From NCBI GenBank assembly GCA_951406725.2, contig OX597819.1, positions 82,708,001 through 82,772,000 of the forward strand: 64,000 bases of DNA. The letters are read 5' to 3'. The stretch comes from Octopus vulgaris (taxonomy: Eukaryota). The translations under genes and the position numbers were made by a program. Under the pieces are notes generated by a model. It did not search any database, was not told the origin of the DNA, and saw only the letters and a program-made list of their open reading frames with translations. This document shows positions 40,140 through 54,660 of the stretch, piece after piece (the first letter of the stretch is position 1; the number at the start of each line of letters is the position of its first letter).

Positions 40140-41847
40140 TATTAACAAAAGGTCAGAGTTCAAACCATCCTGTATACATAAACTTATTAATACTTTCAAA
40201 TACTACAATGCTTAGGTCTTATACCAACTCCCCCATGCTATTTCCTCCCACCCGGTGCAACCTGTCGGCTCCAGCACATCCCGCTTTCCTATATGTGCGT
40301 GTGTGTGTGTGTGTGTGTGCATGTGTATGTGCACATACGTGTACGTATGTGTACATATACATATATATATATATGTGTGCCACCTCCATCTCATGTTAAA
40401 CTTTACAAAATTATATTTTTACCTTATTTTTTTATTTTATTTTATTTTACTTTTATTTTTATTTTTATTTTTATTTTTACTTTTATCCTACTTCCATTTA
40501 TTTTTATTTTTATTTTTAATTTTATTTTTACTTTTATTCTACTTCCCATTTACTCTCATTTTCATTTTCATCCCTTACCTTAACTCTTATAACCCTTATA
40601 ATTCTTATATTTCATTTCTAACTATTACATTGTATTTCTTATTTTATACTGTATTTTTTATTTCTAATCTTTACCCTTACCCTCATTCTTACCCCTAATT
40701 TATCGCTTTACACCTCTATATATGTTTATTTACTTACCTATGGATCCGCCTTTTGAGTATGCGAGCGTCCGCGTACGTGTGTATGCGCATACATACATGC
40801 GCACGCGCGTATATGTACATGCATACTTCGATATCTTATGGCTATACCCATGTGCGCGTGTGTCTCTGTGTGTGTATATGGGTGTATATGTGCACGCACA
40901 TACGGACACACAGCCGTGTGTGCGTGCGCGTATTAACATGAGTACGGGATTCTTTACATACGTTCTTATACACATCCTTTAATATCTTATACCTAGACCT
41001 AGAGGCGTGGGCATATACGTGTGTGTATGTAGTGAGGGGCGCGCGTATATACATGTGAGCGTGTACGCGCGTAATGTCCGTCTATATATGCGGATATTCT
41101 GTTGTATGTATGTGTGTGTGCGCGCGTGCGTGTGGGTGCGTGTGTGTTTATGTACGTGTTTACACGCGAGTGCGTGTGTATGCTTATAGGCTTGGAGACG
41201 TATATGTACGCGTGTATGTGGGTGTATGTACCCATGATGATATGTATGTACTGGAAGTCCATTTAATTCAAGGAACCAGATTAAATTCTCATCAGCTCTG
41301 ATTTACGACGAAACTGTTAATTTACTGACAGTTCTACAACTAAGTTTTATCAATCTCCTGACCACCATGCTTGGTCCGCGACCTCTATACATCCCTTATC
41401 TTTACATTCTTTTTACACTTTTATCATGTTTTTATCAGGTTCTTTCACTTCTTTTACTATTATTTCCATCTCTATTTTTACTTTACAACCTTATGCCTTT
41501 ACATTTATTTATATTTCTTTATATTTCTTTACACCCCCTTTACATCTCCTTACAACTCTTTATATCTTTATCCTCTACATTTTTATATTATTCTATACGT
41601 ACATTTTTTATATATATTTTTTATCCCTCGTCCCGAACTCTCGCCCCTCCATCTTCACCTCTATATACGTATTTATTTATTTACATTACCTCAACATCCA
41701 AGTTTCCTCATTCTACATTGAGAGAAGAAAGAGATGGACGCTTCAATTCTATGCTGCTGCCGCATTATGTCGTACGTGAACGAGAGGATTTGCATCCCCA
41801 ACCAAGAATTTTTGATGTAACACATGTCCTTGTGGAAGCTGTTGTGC

Positions 41848-41925
41848 GCGGCTGAAGAAGGCCACAGACATACATTATGCTTTGTTATAAATCTGTCTAA
41901 TAAAGGCCCGAAACATATGTACCGC
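41848..41925 (+). ncRNA. type I hammerhead ribozyme fold with long stem II
   Basis: GCGG-CUGAAGA-AGGCC...agaca/tgtct...GGCCC-GAAA-CAUAUG-U-A-CCGC; palindromic stem III; predicted cleavage after 41921. Confidence 0.75.
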
Positions 41926-44900
41926 TGAATCCTTCGCCTCATGTTTTTATTTTTATTTTGATCAATTTACTCCACCACCTACACCACCAAACGGTATACA
42001 CAGGTGCTTATAATTATCAAGTACTCACCCCGAATTTCTATATATATATATGTATATATGTATATATATATATGTATATATGTATATATATATGTATATA
42101 TATATGTATGTATCTATATATGTATATATATGTATGTATCTATATATATACATATATGTGTTTTTGTAGGGAAATGTGTTGTTGAAAATGCACCTAAATT
42201 TCAATTTCAAAAACTTGTAAATTATTAAAATACATATATTTAAATATATACCAAACTGGTTTGAACAATTTTTTTTTTTTATTAATGGTAAAAGTTAAAA
42301 TTTGAATTACGAAAACATCTTTAAAATTTTCAGTGTTGACAAATGAAAATGTTCCAATATTGACAAATTAAAATGTCTCAACATTGATAAATTAACATCT
42401 TCAAAACAGATAAATTTAGCATTATGAATTAGGAGGACAGATGCAAGTTTGAATGTTCATAGCAAGCAATGATATTAAAACTGTTTATCAATTTTTTTAC
42501 TGTAAAAAGTTCATTAATGTTAGTGCTGATCAACTAGCCATACTGAGTGAAGAGGGAAAAAAACAAGGGAGGAATGAAAATAGTAAAAGAAGGGGATTTG
42601 GTTTACTGTTTCTCTGATCCTCTTTCTGTAGATGCATTTCCTTGTAGTGGTATGTTTTGGGATCAGTTGTATATATAATTCTTTCCACGAGCGAATCTGA
42701 TTTTTGATTCGTTAAAATACTGGTGACGTTTTTTTGGTGGTCAAGCTTGTTGATTTGCTTGATTGGTTTCCCTCTGGAGACGGCCCTGAGTAGTAACCCT
42801 AGCCCTAATCATATTCAAATCTATCTAAATCTTTTATATAAAATTTTGGTATGAGTCCTAACATATAATGTTATATTTGAAAATATAATATTCTATAGTA
42901 CAATAAATTATTTTTAGTATGTTGTTATCCTAAAGCTAGCCAATTTTATTTGTAAAACTAAATAGTTGTAAAATTTTCTCTAACTTTAAAACCTATCTAC
43001 TGCTTAGTTTTATAGCTAGGTTGTGTTTGGCAAATTATTTTTAACAGCTTAATTACTGTTTTTATTTGCCAAAGTTTAGTTAGTCTAATTCCATATTTAG
43101 CAAAGAGATTATTTTATTAAGATGATTTTGTCATATGATATATTCTTAGTTAATACAGCTCTTACTGTGTACTTAATTTAATATTTGCAAGTATTGTTTT
43201 CTTATCTTTTTTTGTTGAGACATTATTGATGATTTATTTTCAATATTCATTCCTCTATTCTGATTGACACTGTATGTGCACTATATTCTTATTTTTCACT
43301 TTCATTATTCTTAGTAATTTTATTATGTTATATTGGTGCCAGCCATTTGTCTGTGAAACAAGACAAAAATGTAGAATGATTAGGTCATTTTTTTCTATTT
43401 TCATTCTAAAATTCTCCTGAAATTATATTTATTGTCTTTTCATAATAGTGTATAATTGAAGCTGAATGATGTCTTTCTGACACTGTTCAGAAAAGCAGAA
43501 ATGCCTCATTCTGCAACAATATAATACTATTTCTAACAGTTTGATGAATATAAAAATTAAGAAAATAAACTTTGCTCCTCTTGAAGTGCATTTCCAATTT
43601 TCCTCTTAACATCTTTTTTTACAACTACTGAAGTTCCCAATGAGAATAGCTAGTTTCTCATTATTAAAAAAAAACTGTACTTGAGTAAAACTTGAAGCAA
43701 AAAGAATTTTATCTATTCTAGAAATAACAGATGCAAAGTATTTTAGCACATGCTAAAAGTTGAGTTATTAATATACAATCCTAAAAGTAAAGTGTCTCAA
43801 AAAAATACAACAACAGGTGGATGATTAAGTTTTGCCATTTTCTTTTGAGATTTTCAGTTTTAAATTGAAATGATCAAAAATGCATTTTCACTTAGTATTC
43901 CCTTGATTAAAGAAAAAAGACAAGATAATTCATAATTTAGTTACTCTAGAGCATATCTAAATATTAGTTTATTTACACCTGAATCTGAAATAGTTTAAAT
44001 ATGCAAAAATGCACCGAAAATTATTTAATGATTGATGTTCTTTGGCTTATAGTCTCAATTCTTGCTTCTGTTCTGAGAAAATTAGTGATCACTTGAATAA
44101 TGTAATTAACTTGCCTCTTGGTATCTATTGTACAGACTGTTAGTTTCATGATTCCAAGATTGGGATATTTTTTACAGATAAAACATTAGAGACAGGGAGA
44201 AAGGAAGTTGGGTGAGAGAGAGAGAGAGAGAAAGCATGCGTGTGTGTGTGTATGTATGCGTAAATGTCATTTTCTATATTATATACTTCGTGTCAACGAG
44301 AAAATAGTTGATATTTTATGTGAATTTTTATAGAAGTCATGTGACAAGAGGATCAGACAGTGAATTACTGACCACATAGGCAAGAATTGAAATCTCAATG
44401 CAGCCATTTCTCTAATTGCAATATGTCTTTTTTGGTTTTTTACAAGTTATCTCTCTTACCTAATACTTATTGGTTTGTTTAAAAGCAGGGAAAGCATATC
44501 TAATATGTGAGTATCTAAATTTGCAAATAAATATTCACTAATGCTTTAATGGAAAAAATATTTGATGTAAAACAGCAACATAAATAATGTATGGTGGGCA
44601 GGAAAATAGTTCAAAAGTCCTGTTTTTTAAAAGAAAACTGACTATACTATTATCTATTTATTTTTTGTATGGAATTTTCTGAAAAAAAAAATGCATTACA
44701 AGGTGCCAAAATATGAAAAACCAGATACAGAAATATGTTTTAAATAGAAACAGCAATTTATACAGAATGGTAGCTGTGGTAGCAGTGAAAGATGTGGTAA
44801 AAAGAGAAAAGCTATTAGTAAAGCAGGCTCTGTATGTTGTTTATGAAGAAATTTATTTAAAAGTATAAAATAGAGCAATAAAATATGATGCATTCCAGTA

Positions 44901-46373
44901 TCAAAAATAAGCAATCACTTTTGAATAGTCATTTTGATAAGAAATAGACAGCCTCAAGAAATAGAATGCTAAATTTCAATTGTCACATGTTGATAATAGA
45001 TTCTCATTACCACAAACTAAAATTAGAGTTTCTTTCTTGCAGGAACACTTGAGAAATATGTAAAATCTATTTTAAAAAGTAACTTATTATAGGTTTTCAT
45101 TTTTAATAAAAGTTGGTTCCTAAATTTTTTAGATCTTAAATAAAATTTTTACTTTATTAAAGCAAAGTTATATTGATTTTAAAATTCTTTTTCTTTCTTC
45201 TTTTTGACAATTGACAGCTGTTTTAACGATGCTATTTTCTTCAATTATCTAAGTCTACAAACTTTAGAGTGTATTTACTTTAAATGTTCTTTCCAAATCA
45301 CTTAAAATATGCTTTTTGCAGTTTAAGAAATCCAAGCTTTATCAATCTGATTTGGAATTCTGAGAAATACACATCAAATTAAATGTTTCTCTGTTCAGTA
45401 AAATATTAGAAAAGTACAGTTAAAATAATTTTTAAATTTGTTCAATTAAGTGATGTATCAAATAAGTTACAGGCTCAATTTTTTTCTCTACATAGAAAAA
45501 ATTTACTGTGAAAACAAAAGTGATTCTTAGTTCACTTTAATTTTTATGTAAGAATCAATTTTGCTATTTAAATCATCTAGCTGTATTTCTAAATTGAATT
45601 TTGATGAATATAAATTTTAATGTATTTTATATTTCAAAAATTTATTTCAAGTGATAGTTTTGCTTTTCACATCTTGAACCAGTATTAATATATTCTTAAA
45701 ATCTAGACAATTGTTTGATTATATAATCTACTTATTGCATCCTTTTAAAAAGGAAAAGGATACCGTTAATATTATTTATATATTCTCTTTCATGAATGTA
45801 TCCTATTTGCATTGCAGATTATTTAAAAGCTAAAATAATGTATACTTCTCCCCTTACTGAAAATATGTGCAAAACGGTTTACTGGCATTCTTTTTCTAAA
45901 ACAATTTCTAATTCACATTTTTATAACACTTAAAAAGTACTTCACTTATGGATATTACTTTTTATCATTATTATTATTATGACAACTTTTGACACTAAAA
46001 TCTCTTGATGACTTTTTATCTCTTGAAATTAAATACTTGCTAAATTATAATTGTTATCATAACAATTTTAAATTACCATATTTTAATGCCACTGATTAGA
46101 ACAGTTTTATGAATGCCAGTAAAGGTATAACAGCTCCAGTGTTTTGTTTTACCATTCCAAAAATGATCCACCCATATGAAGAATGAACTAAAAGAATAAG
46201 AACATATATATATATATTCATCTGTCAACACATTTGGCCCTTTAACACACTGAAATTGTTAAGATACCCTTCTCTGCACATAAAACATTTCACTGTCATT
46301 TGTTAATTACAAATAAAATAATATCTTAAAATTTTTTTTTATATCATGTAAATAATATATATGTATACATATA

Positions 46374-46421
<48 letters not shown>

Positions 46422-46469
46422 ACAATATGGATATTGTTGTATCTTGGAAGAGTTGTTATGCTATTAATA

Positions 46470-46700
46470 AACATATGCACTGGTTCTTTTTCCTTAGTAT
46501 TTAGAATTTTTTCTATGTTGTCATGTTCCAGTGATGTAACTTCTCTCATGTTGTTGATGTGCAGTTGCATTGTTTGGATATAGTTCAGCAAGCTATCTAC
46601 TGACATTCTGCCAGACTTATTGGTATGAAGGCATAACATTTCTTTGTTCATAGCATATTGTTTTAATTTTTGTAGGCCCTTTGCGATCCCCATGCCAAGT
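46470..46700 (-). mobile_element. possible Penelope-like RT N-terminal fragment
   Basis: GLQKLKQYAMNKEMLCLHTNKSGRMSVDSLLNYIQTMQLHI resembles the LK.L....I...DKG...V.....Y...M segment preceding PLE RT. Confidence 0.4.
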
Positions 46701-47121
46701 TGGTGGGCCTCTACTTCCCTATAGTTCCTGGTGTTCCTGTAGTTTCTATAGTATAGTTACATTTAAGCTTCAGTTTAACCTCTGGTTGATGCAAATGGAA
46801 AGATAGAGACTTTTTTATTGAGACTTGTAGAATTAATACATTTCATGTCATGGAATCTGTCATAAGAGTTGAAGAAAAACCATTGGGTGTTAAAGGGATT
46901 GTAGTTGTTGTTATTATCATCATTGTTATGTTTTAGTAGATTATTATTACAGATTTTATTACTGTTGTCAATACTATTATTACTACCTCTATTCCTACTA
47001 TTACCACTTCATTTTCCTTAGATTCAATGTTTCTATCTAGTTTGCCTCCACTGATAAAACAAAAATGTATTTCATCACATGAGTTCACATCAAGAATATT
47101 GCAAACCAAATACAAAAGAAA

Positions 47122-47178
<57 letters not shown>

Positions 47179-47418
47179 CTTATAAAATAAGGGCAAAAGA
47201 AAAAACTTCTAGTGCCAAATATGCCGAAAATAGACAAATTGTCAATAATCATTATAATTTATCATTATTAACATGCGTCTCAAAACAAGCTGAGAGAAAT
47301 TTCTAAAAAATTCCGTTATTACCGTATTGGTCCCAATTTCAAAGTTAATTCATAAGAATTTTCTCCTCCTCAGCGATAAGTACATAAGACATAAATGAAA
47401 TACTTACTCATACTCATA

Positions 47419-47460
<42 letters not shown>

Positions 47461-47469
47461 TATATATAT

Positions 47470-48483
47470 ATATATATATAAAAACTGAGATTGTGTGTCT
47501 GTCTATCGGTCTGTTTCCCTAAAACTTGAGAACTACACAACCAATTTCATTCAAATTTTACACATGCCTTACTTAGGGTCCATGTAGTTTCATGGGCAAA
47601 AAAATGTTCAACTTCTTGCCTAGAGCGAGCCCATAGCAATATCATATCTTCTCCACTATTTCATTATTACGAGTTAAAAGTGAAACAAAAACGTTTCTCT
47701 ATTTTATGTCAGATATTTTCACTTTAACAATAAAAATAATAATAACAGTTGAATTATATGTAGTAAGTAATAATTAAAATCAAACTAAAGTATAATATAA
47801 TCGTAACATAAAAATAGCAATTGGTATAAAATTGCATCAATGACTTGAACTTGAATAAGTGGTTTTACATGAATGGGAATAAATTAGAAATAAAATTAGC
47901 GTGCAGAAATGGAATAGTCCAGATGGATAATAAAAAATTAAGTTAAAGAAAAGACTATTGTCTATAAAGTATACAATGTAGAGAAAAAAGATTTGAACAC
48001 ATGGAGGAAAGCACCTTTGAAAAGTGTATTGGTGCGACTATGAAAGGTATCTAATCACAGGCGGTAAATTCGCCACAATAGAAGCAAGGTTCAAGTCAAT
48101 GGAGCATGCAAGGGAGTACTCAACTCAAACTTGCAAAGTGAAAATATTTTATTTTTACCTTTATATCTGGGATGTAGGACGTCCCGGAAAAAAATTTTAA
48201 ATGCTTCCCCCCCCACCCAAAGTAGAGGTAGGCTGGATTGTAGCCACACTTCTATACAAGAGGGAGGACAAGATACAATTGATCGAAATTACAAGAGACG
48301 GGCTAACAATTCCAGTCTGTTATATATTTTGAGTATTGTTATCACTAGTGATATCAAGATATAACTTTGTATTTTATGTGTAAATGTATATATATAGATG
48401 TACATGTAATATGTACACATATATGTACACATATATACATACACTAGCACTATGACCCGGCAACGACGGGTCTTTAATGCTAG
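47470..48483 (+). mobile_element. probable non-autonomous Helitron
   Basis: Ends in hairpin gacccg-gcaacga-cgggtc (48454-48472), 7 nt, then CTAG|T; 5' part tatataaaa...tgtgtctgtct...aaccaatttcattcaaatttt; true 5' end hidden in (TA)n. Confidence 0.55.
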
Positions 48484-48509
48484 TATATATATATATATAT
48501 ATATATATA

Positions 48510-48918
48510 GGTGCAGGTGTGGCTGTGTGGTAAAAAGCTTGTTTCCCAACCACATGGGTCTGGATCCAGTTCCACTTGGGCAAATGTCTTCTGTTATAAT
48601 CTCGGGCTGACCAAAGCCTTATCACTGTATTTGGTAGTCATAAAACTGAATGAAGTCCCTCAAATATCTATTTATATATATCTATGTGTGTGTGTCTTTA
48701 TGTCTATATTTGTCACCCCACTCCCTGCCTTCATCTTTTGACAACTGGTGTTGGTATGTTTATATTCCCATAACTTAGTGGTTCAGCAGAAAAGACCAAT
48801 AGAATAAGTACTGGGCTAAAAGAAAGTCCTGGGGTTGATTTGTTCAACTAAAACGCTTCAAGGCAGTGGCCCAGCACGGCCACAGTCAAATGACTGAAAC
48901 AAGTAAAAGTATAAAAGA
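48510..48918 (+). mobile_element. near full-length tRNA-derived SINE
   Basis: Head with A-box-like tggctgtgtgg, degenerate B box, internal (TG) tract, 3' gtcaaatgactgaaacaagtaaaag; many copies in this window. Confidence 0.85.
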
Positions 48919-50855
48919 TTCTATATATATATACCCAATATCAGAATAAAACTGGAGATCCATTTGTAATGAAAAAATATTATTATCATGTCGTAAATTT
49001 CATAAACTTCACACATATTTTACCTCTACATACTAGTATGCCATGTTGTAATTATTACAAAACCACTTTATATTCCAGATCATCAGAAAATATTAGACCG
49101 AATATTTCTAAAATGTTAATGAATGTTTGATAGAAAAATCCCCTGAACTGTATTTTAGATTAATGTACAGTTAAATTCTCTTACTCCACAGCTCTTTACC
49201 TAATGAGTATAGAATTCGCTAATGCCAATGAAATGGATAAATATAATAATGATAATTCACAAGCAAAAAAATATCTTACTATACAAATCTACATAACCTA
49301 AATACGAGATTAATTCAAAATGCAGAAAACAACAATAAAAAACTCCAAACATGCACATGCAATTCCAATACCAGCATTCAACACAAGGGTGATCAGCCTA
49401 ATGGTGACATAACAAATAAACACAATTTAAAAGATAACACGGTACACCTTATTGGCAAGTTAGCAAAAAGCAAATCAAAATTTAAGACCACTTATACTCT
49501 TATTCATAATAATAACCCATTACATTGTAATTCTCACACTTTACAATCAACCCATATAAAATGTAATTCTAATAAATGTGATAGAAATTTTTTATAGAGG
49601 TTCTAACCAGAAAATGACTTGGATGGATAGAATAACAGACTCAGTATAGTAGAAACAAAGGATAATCATAAAACCTTGGACCCTCATGAACTTGAGCCTA
49701 TTCTACAGAACAATCTAACTGTAACTGTAGAGCAATGTCTGCTTGCGCTCTTAGACGCTACTGTTAAATATGTAACTTGTTATTGCATAGAAGCTATTTT
49801 CTTTAAATATTGTTAAAACAAGCATATACACAGCTTTAGGTATGAAAAATTTCAGAGTTCAACTAGACTGACTGAATATATCTTTAAGCTTCACTCAGTG
49901 AATAAAAAAATACAATCTACACTTGCACATCTTAACAAGAACCTCTTCTTATAGTGGTAATAAAAAAGAATACTGATTATGTTCAACAGAAGCCCTAAAT
50001 ATCCTATTAGGTAATAATAAATTACCTAGCTTAATCAGAAATGCTTCTTTGTGTGAAAATATAGCACTTGAAGGACATTTAAATTCTACTGGTGCAAATC
50101 CACCCAGGTGAAATAGAATTATAGTCAAATACTTCATTTAAACAAAATCATAATTACTTTATCATGTAGACTGATTGGTATTAATATAGTCAACTGATGT
50201 TTTCTTCTTTGTTATCCTGTTTCAAACTGTTCTGGCCACATCATGCCTCATGAGAAGATAATATCTAGAAATCATTTCTTTTGTAGTTGGCAATAATGAC
50301 AAAACCAAGACAGAAGACTTCAGTCTTGGTTTTGAACAGCCTACATTTGTTGTTTAGCAATGTTTCCTGCATTTCATGCTGCAAATACTTGGTAGAGATA
50401 TCTTGTTCTTGAAGTGCATGGTGAAAGTTTTCAGAGTGGGATGTCGTAAACTTGTCAGCCTTCCATACCAAGCTTTTGATATGATCAATTCCTTCTATGG
50501 TTTATTTCTGTAGTGCCAAATATCCATGCACTATTTTCTCAGTGAACTGGTCCCCCTTTCTTTTTACTATTCTTTTGACAAATAGAATTTACCAATGTTC
50601 CTTGAGGTGAGATCTGTATTAAACTTTTTTATTTCATGCATCTCCTCAAGTTTATTAGCTATCTTGATTATGTTGTTGATTTCAATCACAAACTTGAGTA
50701 GTATAGTTACTGGCCTCTTTCTTCTGCTGTAGATGTTGCTTCAGTGTCACAGTACATATTTCATATGACATCAGTACAGATTCAAAATCACTGTTACCAT
50801 CCTTGTGTGTGTGTATGTGTGTGTATACATGCATGTATGAATGTATGCATGTATG

Positions 50856-50889
<34 letters not shown>

Positions 50890-52049
50890 CGTATGTATGT
50901 ATGTATGCATGCACGTATGTATGTACAGATATCTATAAACATAGGTAGGATGTAAAGTCATATGTGATAAATATAAATGTACGCTTACATCGCCAATCTG
51001 ACCTAAAGATAACTAGAATACTATCTCTCTCACATTCTTCAGTATTTATCACCAGTAGCTTGGGTTTTTCTGTGATATAATGATTGTATGAGCCAAAATT
51101 TTCTTTTCAAACAAGCACCCCGGCTACACTCAGGTTTAATTTTCTCCCTGTCTCTTTATCTCACCAATAAAATTAAAGATAAATTCCTTTGTCATCATGA
51201 GAATTTATAAACTTTTGTAAGAACATGAAATAATTTCTTTTTAGAATTTGATCTTGAAGCACACATAAAGCTATAAATAGTAGCATTTAAATATTGGGTT
51301 GAAAAAAACCAATGGTAGAACATTTGTCATGTCTTTTGAGATGTGGATTCACATCCCATAGCCAGCCTTCAATTGTTCTATCCAAAGAAATTTTCAAACC
51401 AATATTTACATGCTGTTAATTATAGCTTATATTGTGAGATCCAGTTCCAAGTTCCAAAACAGAATTACAAATTTATTTCCCTTTGCTGCTTTTATAGATT
51501 TTTACTGTATGTACTCGCAGTTCACATATCTTTGTAATGACTACTGCACAAAGTACTAGTAGACAGTAATGAAATATATGTAAAGACTATATGATTTATG
51601 ATGTAATACTAAAAAATTTCTGTAACAACTGAATCTCCTGTTTTGTTTTTATCTTGGATATACACACTGCAATCTATCATAATGTATATAACACCTAATG
51701 AATTTCTGGTTGAAAGTTAGCCATATGTGGATTTACATGGAGTTTAAGGAGAGGTTAATTGTTACACTGTCTCACTTGAAATAGCAACTTTTCAATGTCT
51801 GTGTGTATTTATGTGTATGTATGCATGTGTGTGTGTGTGTGTAAATATATATATATATACAACAGATATTTCAGTAACTCTTAAATTAAAGGTAGAACAA
51901 TAATTATGTGAAGTGGAGGTGGGTGTGGGGGGTATGTGCATGTGAGTGATGTTGCTGTTATTCACCCAGTCAACAATTCGTCCACTGGATTTACTTTTTC
52001 AAAGTTGTGAGAGATAAGAAATGTTTTTTCTTGAAAAAGAGGGAAATAT

Positions 52050-52146
52050 TAGTGACAGAAAGGACATCCAGTTGTAAAACAATGCTTCAATAATATATTC
52101 ATCTCACACACTCAAACATAAAAAACGGGTGTAAAAATGAATGAAT
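52050..52146 (+). mobile_element. very decayed RTE-type 3' tail
   Basis: gaaaggacatccagttgtaaaac...gtaaaaatgaatgaatg resembles the RTE tail. Confidence 0.4.
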
Positions 52147-54660
52147 GAACCAGTTTACAATAAACGTGTGTGATACCTTAGGGATCTGGATACTGATTGG
52201 AATCATAGCAATCATTCTTGCTTCCACAGTATATTTGATTACAACTGAGAAACAATTCTTTTTGAAAATTCAACTCGGAAGTACTCCAGGACAAGTCCTT
52301 CTGCAGTTAAATAAGAATGGAAAATTTTTTCTGGTTACATTGCTCTTATACCATTTTATTAGATACAGGCATCAAATCAACATGCTGCAAAACTAAATGC
52401 TTGAATATCAAGTCATCATATGGATGGTGAAAGTGAGGATCAAAACAATGACTTGTATGTTTTTTCTTAATACATTGTGACAGCTATGAATGTGGATATA
52501 TTTATCACTGTTGTGTTTTGTCAAAGGAGAGCGACTCCTTTAAGATGAATGTGTGTTCATAACACACTTGAATCATTAGCACAAAGAAACTCTGGAACAC
52601 CTAGTGTTTCAACAGCATTGTGTCTTATCACCTAGAGGCACCCTAGGCTATCAAATCTAATAAGAGCTTATGGCTCTTTATAATGTTACAAAACAAATTG
52701 TCTGCTGATGTATGCTGATATATGCCAACCAGAAATAAACCATCATATGCACAGAGAACAATAAGAATCAAAATAACATGCATATTTATTCTAACGTCTT
52801 TGTTACTGAGTTCCTTTGATTAAATGAGCAACAAAGATTCCCTGTACCTACTAACTTCATCTCATCTTCAGCTTTCTGCCTCATGGCAAATTGCATCTAC
52901 TACAATACTGCAGTTGTTACTCTCAATTGCATCTTTATTGATTAGCAGAATACAATTTTTCACATATTCCAATTGCAGTCAAGAACAGAAACTAAGTAAT
53001 GTCATTGAATCTTATGTCAATTTTCTGTATGGCCTCAACATACATGTACTTTCTGAGGTTGTAACTGCTTGTGTATATCAAGAGAAGGTATTAGAGATTT
53101 ATTTATTTATAGAATCTTGGCTAAGATTCCTTGAGAAATCTCCATTGATTTTGAAACAAGCAATCATCCAGTTTTGTTCTCTAAAAGCTATTCAGAAAAA
53201 CTTAGACGCTTATCAGCAATCTTTCTTCCTTCTAAATGCAATTACCATACTATTACTATCATTAACAAATTAATCATTAGATAAAGAAGCTGCTTTTGTG
53301 CTAAGTTTCTACAACAAGTGTTCTGTTTGTCATGTAAGAATTTGTCATGGCCACAAAATATATGGACATTTTTCACAAGCATGTCAATCAATACAAAATC
53401 TGCATTTGCATTCCTTACTACTAGATGAATCCTTGAAGGCCATCAACTTTAAAAAGCTACTATCTGGTTCTTCATCTTTTTTTTTTAGACATCTCCTTAT
53501 TTAGTTAATTGTATAAAAATATCTATTTAAATGTTTTGACCTATATTTCTGTATAATTCTGGAATATATGTTTCTTAAACATTATGACTCTGTTAAATTT
53601 AAACACAAAGGATTGTGAATAAATCATTCCATAACTTGATTTGTTCCTATGTTAGTGACCCCCCATCCTTTCGTATTCTCCCACCAATACATTGAATTGA
53701 AACCAATTACTTCTAAAACTCAACACTTTTCTTCATTTGATAGAATGTTTATTAAGAAAGAGATTAGATGGCTTCTTGATGTTAGTTTTATTGATCTCTC
53801 AATCTCTTTGAGATGGGACAAGTAGTATTAGTTTCAAATAATGCCTTACTGCAAATAATGTCTTGTTATTGATCATTCACAAATGCTAAATCATTATTAC
53901 TTGTACTTGTAATTCCAACGAGGAATCTCAACATTTTAGCTGAATAAAATAATTTGATTCTTAGCAACTATTTCTCATCACAACTCTTTTGAATATAAAT
54001 GAACAAGATTATATGTCAATATAATTAAAAATTTCACGGTAAATTCTTGACTGGAATGTTTGGAAAATTAAAGAAAATATTGTCAGTACATAGAATTTCA
54101 AATTTGAATTAGAGATATTTTGTCATGTCACTGCCTACAGTCATTCTACTACATTATTTTTCAACTTCTTCCTTTTTTCATTATCACCATTCATATTTCA
54201 ATTTCTGTAATGTTTGAGATTGTTGATTAAATACTAATTAATTAACAGAATTGTTTTTACTAATAATCCTATATTAAATAAATAGTGTTTTTATCATGAT
54301 GACTTTAATTTATTAAAAGTTTCAGTGGGAAAAGGAATTTCAAATATAAAAGTGTAATTAAGAGATATTGCAAATGTTATGACCACTATTTTAACCTATT
54401 TGTTCATGTAAAAAAAAAATGACACCAATAATTTGCTCCAACTGCATGTTATTCAACTTTTAAAACCTACTAAGCTGAAAAAGGTTAATGGTTAAGTGGA
54501 AGTATATCAGGACCCAATTATACCAAATTGGCACAAATCACTGACGAAGAGAAAGGAAAGAAAAGTCAACATCAAGATATTATTAGAAGTTATTATTAAA
54601 ATTTAATTTAATATATATATATATTCTGTTTGTATATATTATTGTTTTCATTTCTTGCAG

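Larger units (their letters stand above)
40019..42038 (+). mobile_element. 5'-truncated Penelope-like element: inverted 5' tail copy, ORF C-terminus, long low-complexity UTR, hammerhead
   Basis: Perfect 121-bp inverted repeat 40019-40139 / 41850-41970; 40141-40215 encodes INKRSEFKPSCIHKLINTFKYYNA*, resembling the LNKRSE..S.C.H end of PLE ORFs; flanked by TA arrays. Confidence 0.75.

Noticed and set aside
47255-47385. Possible minus-strand hammerhead (CUGAGGA...GAGACGCAUGUU)
   Set aside because: GAAA is mutated and stems I and II do not close convincingly.
52824-53273. 149-aa ORF
   Set aside because: No recognisable domain or splice signals; composition fits AT-rich non-coding DNA.
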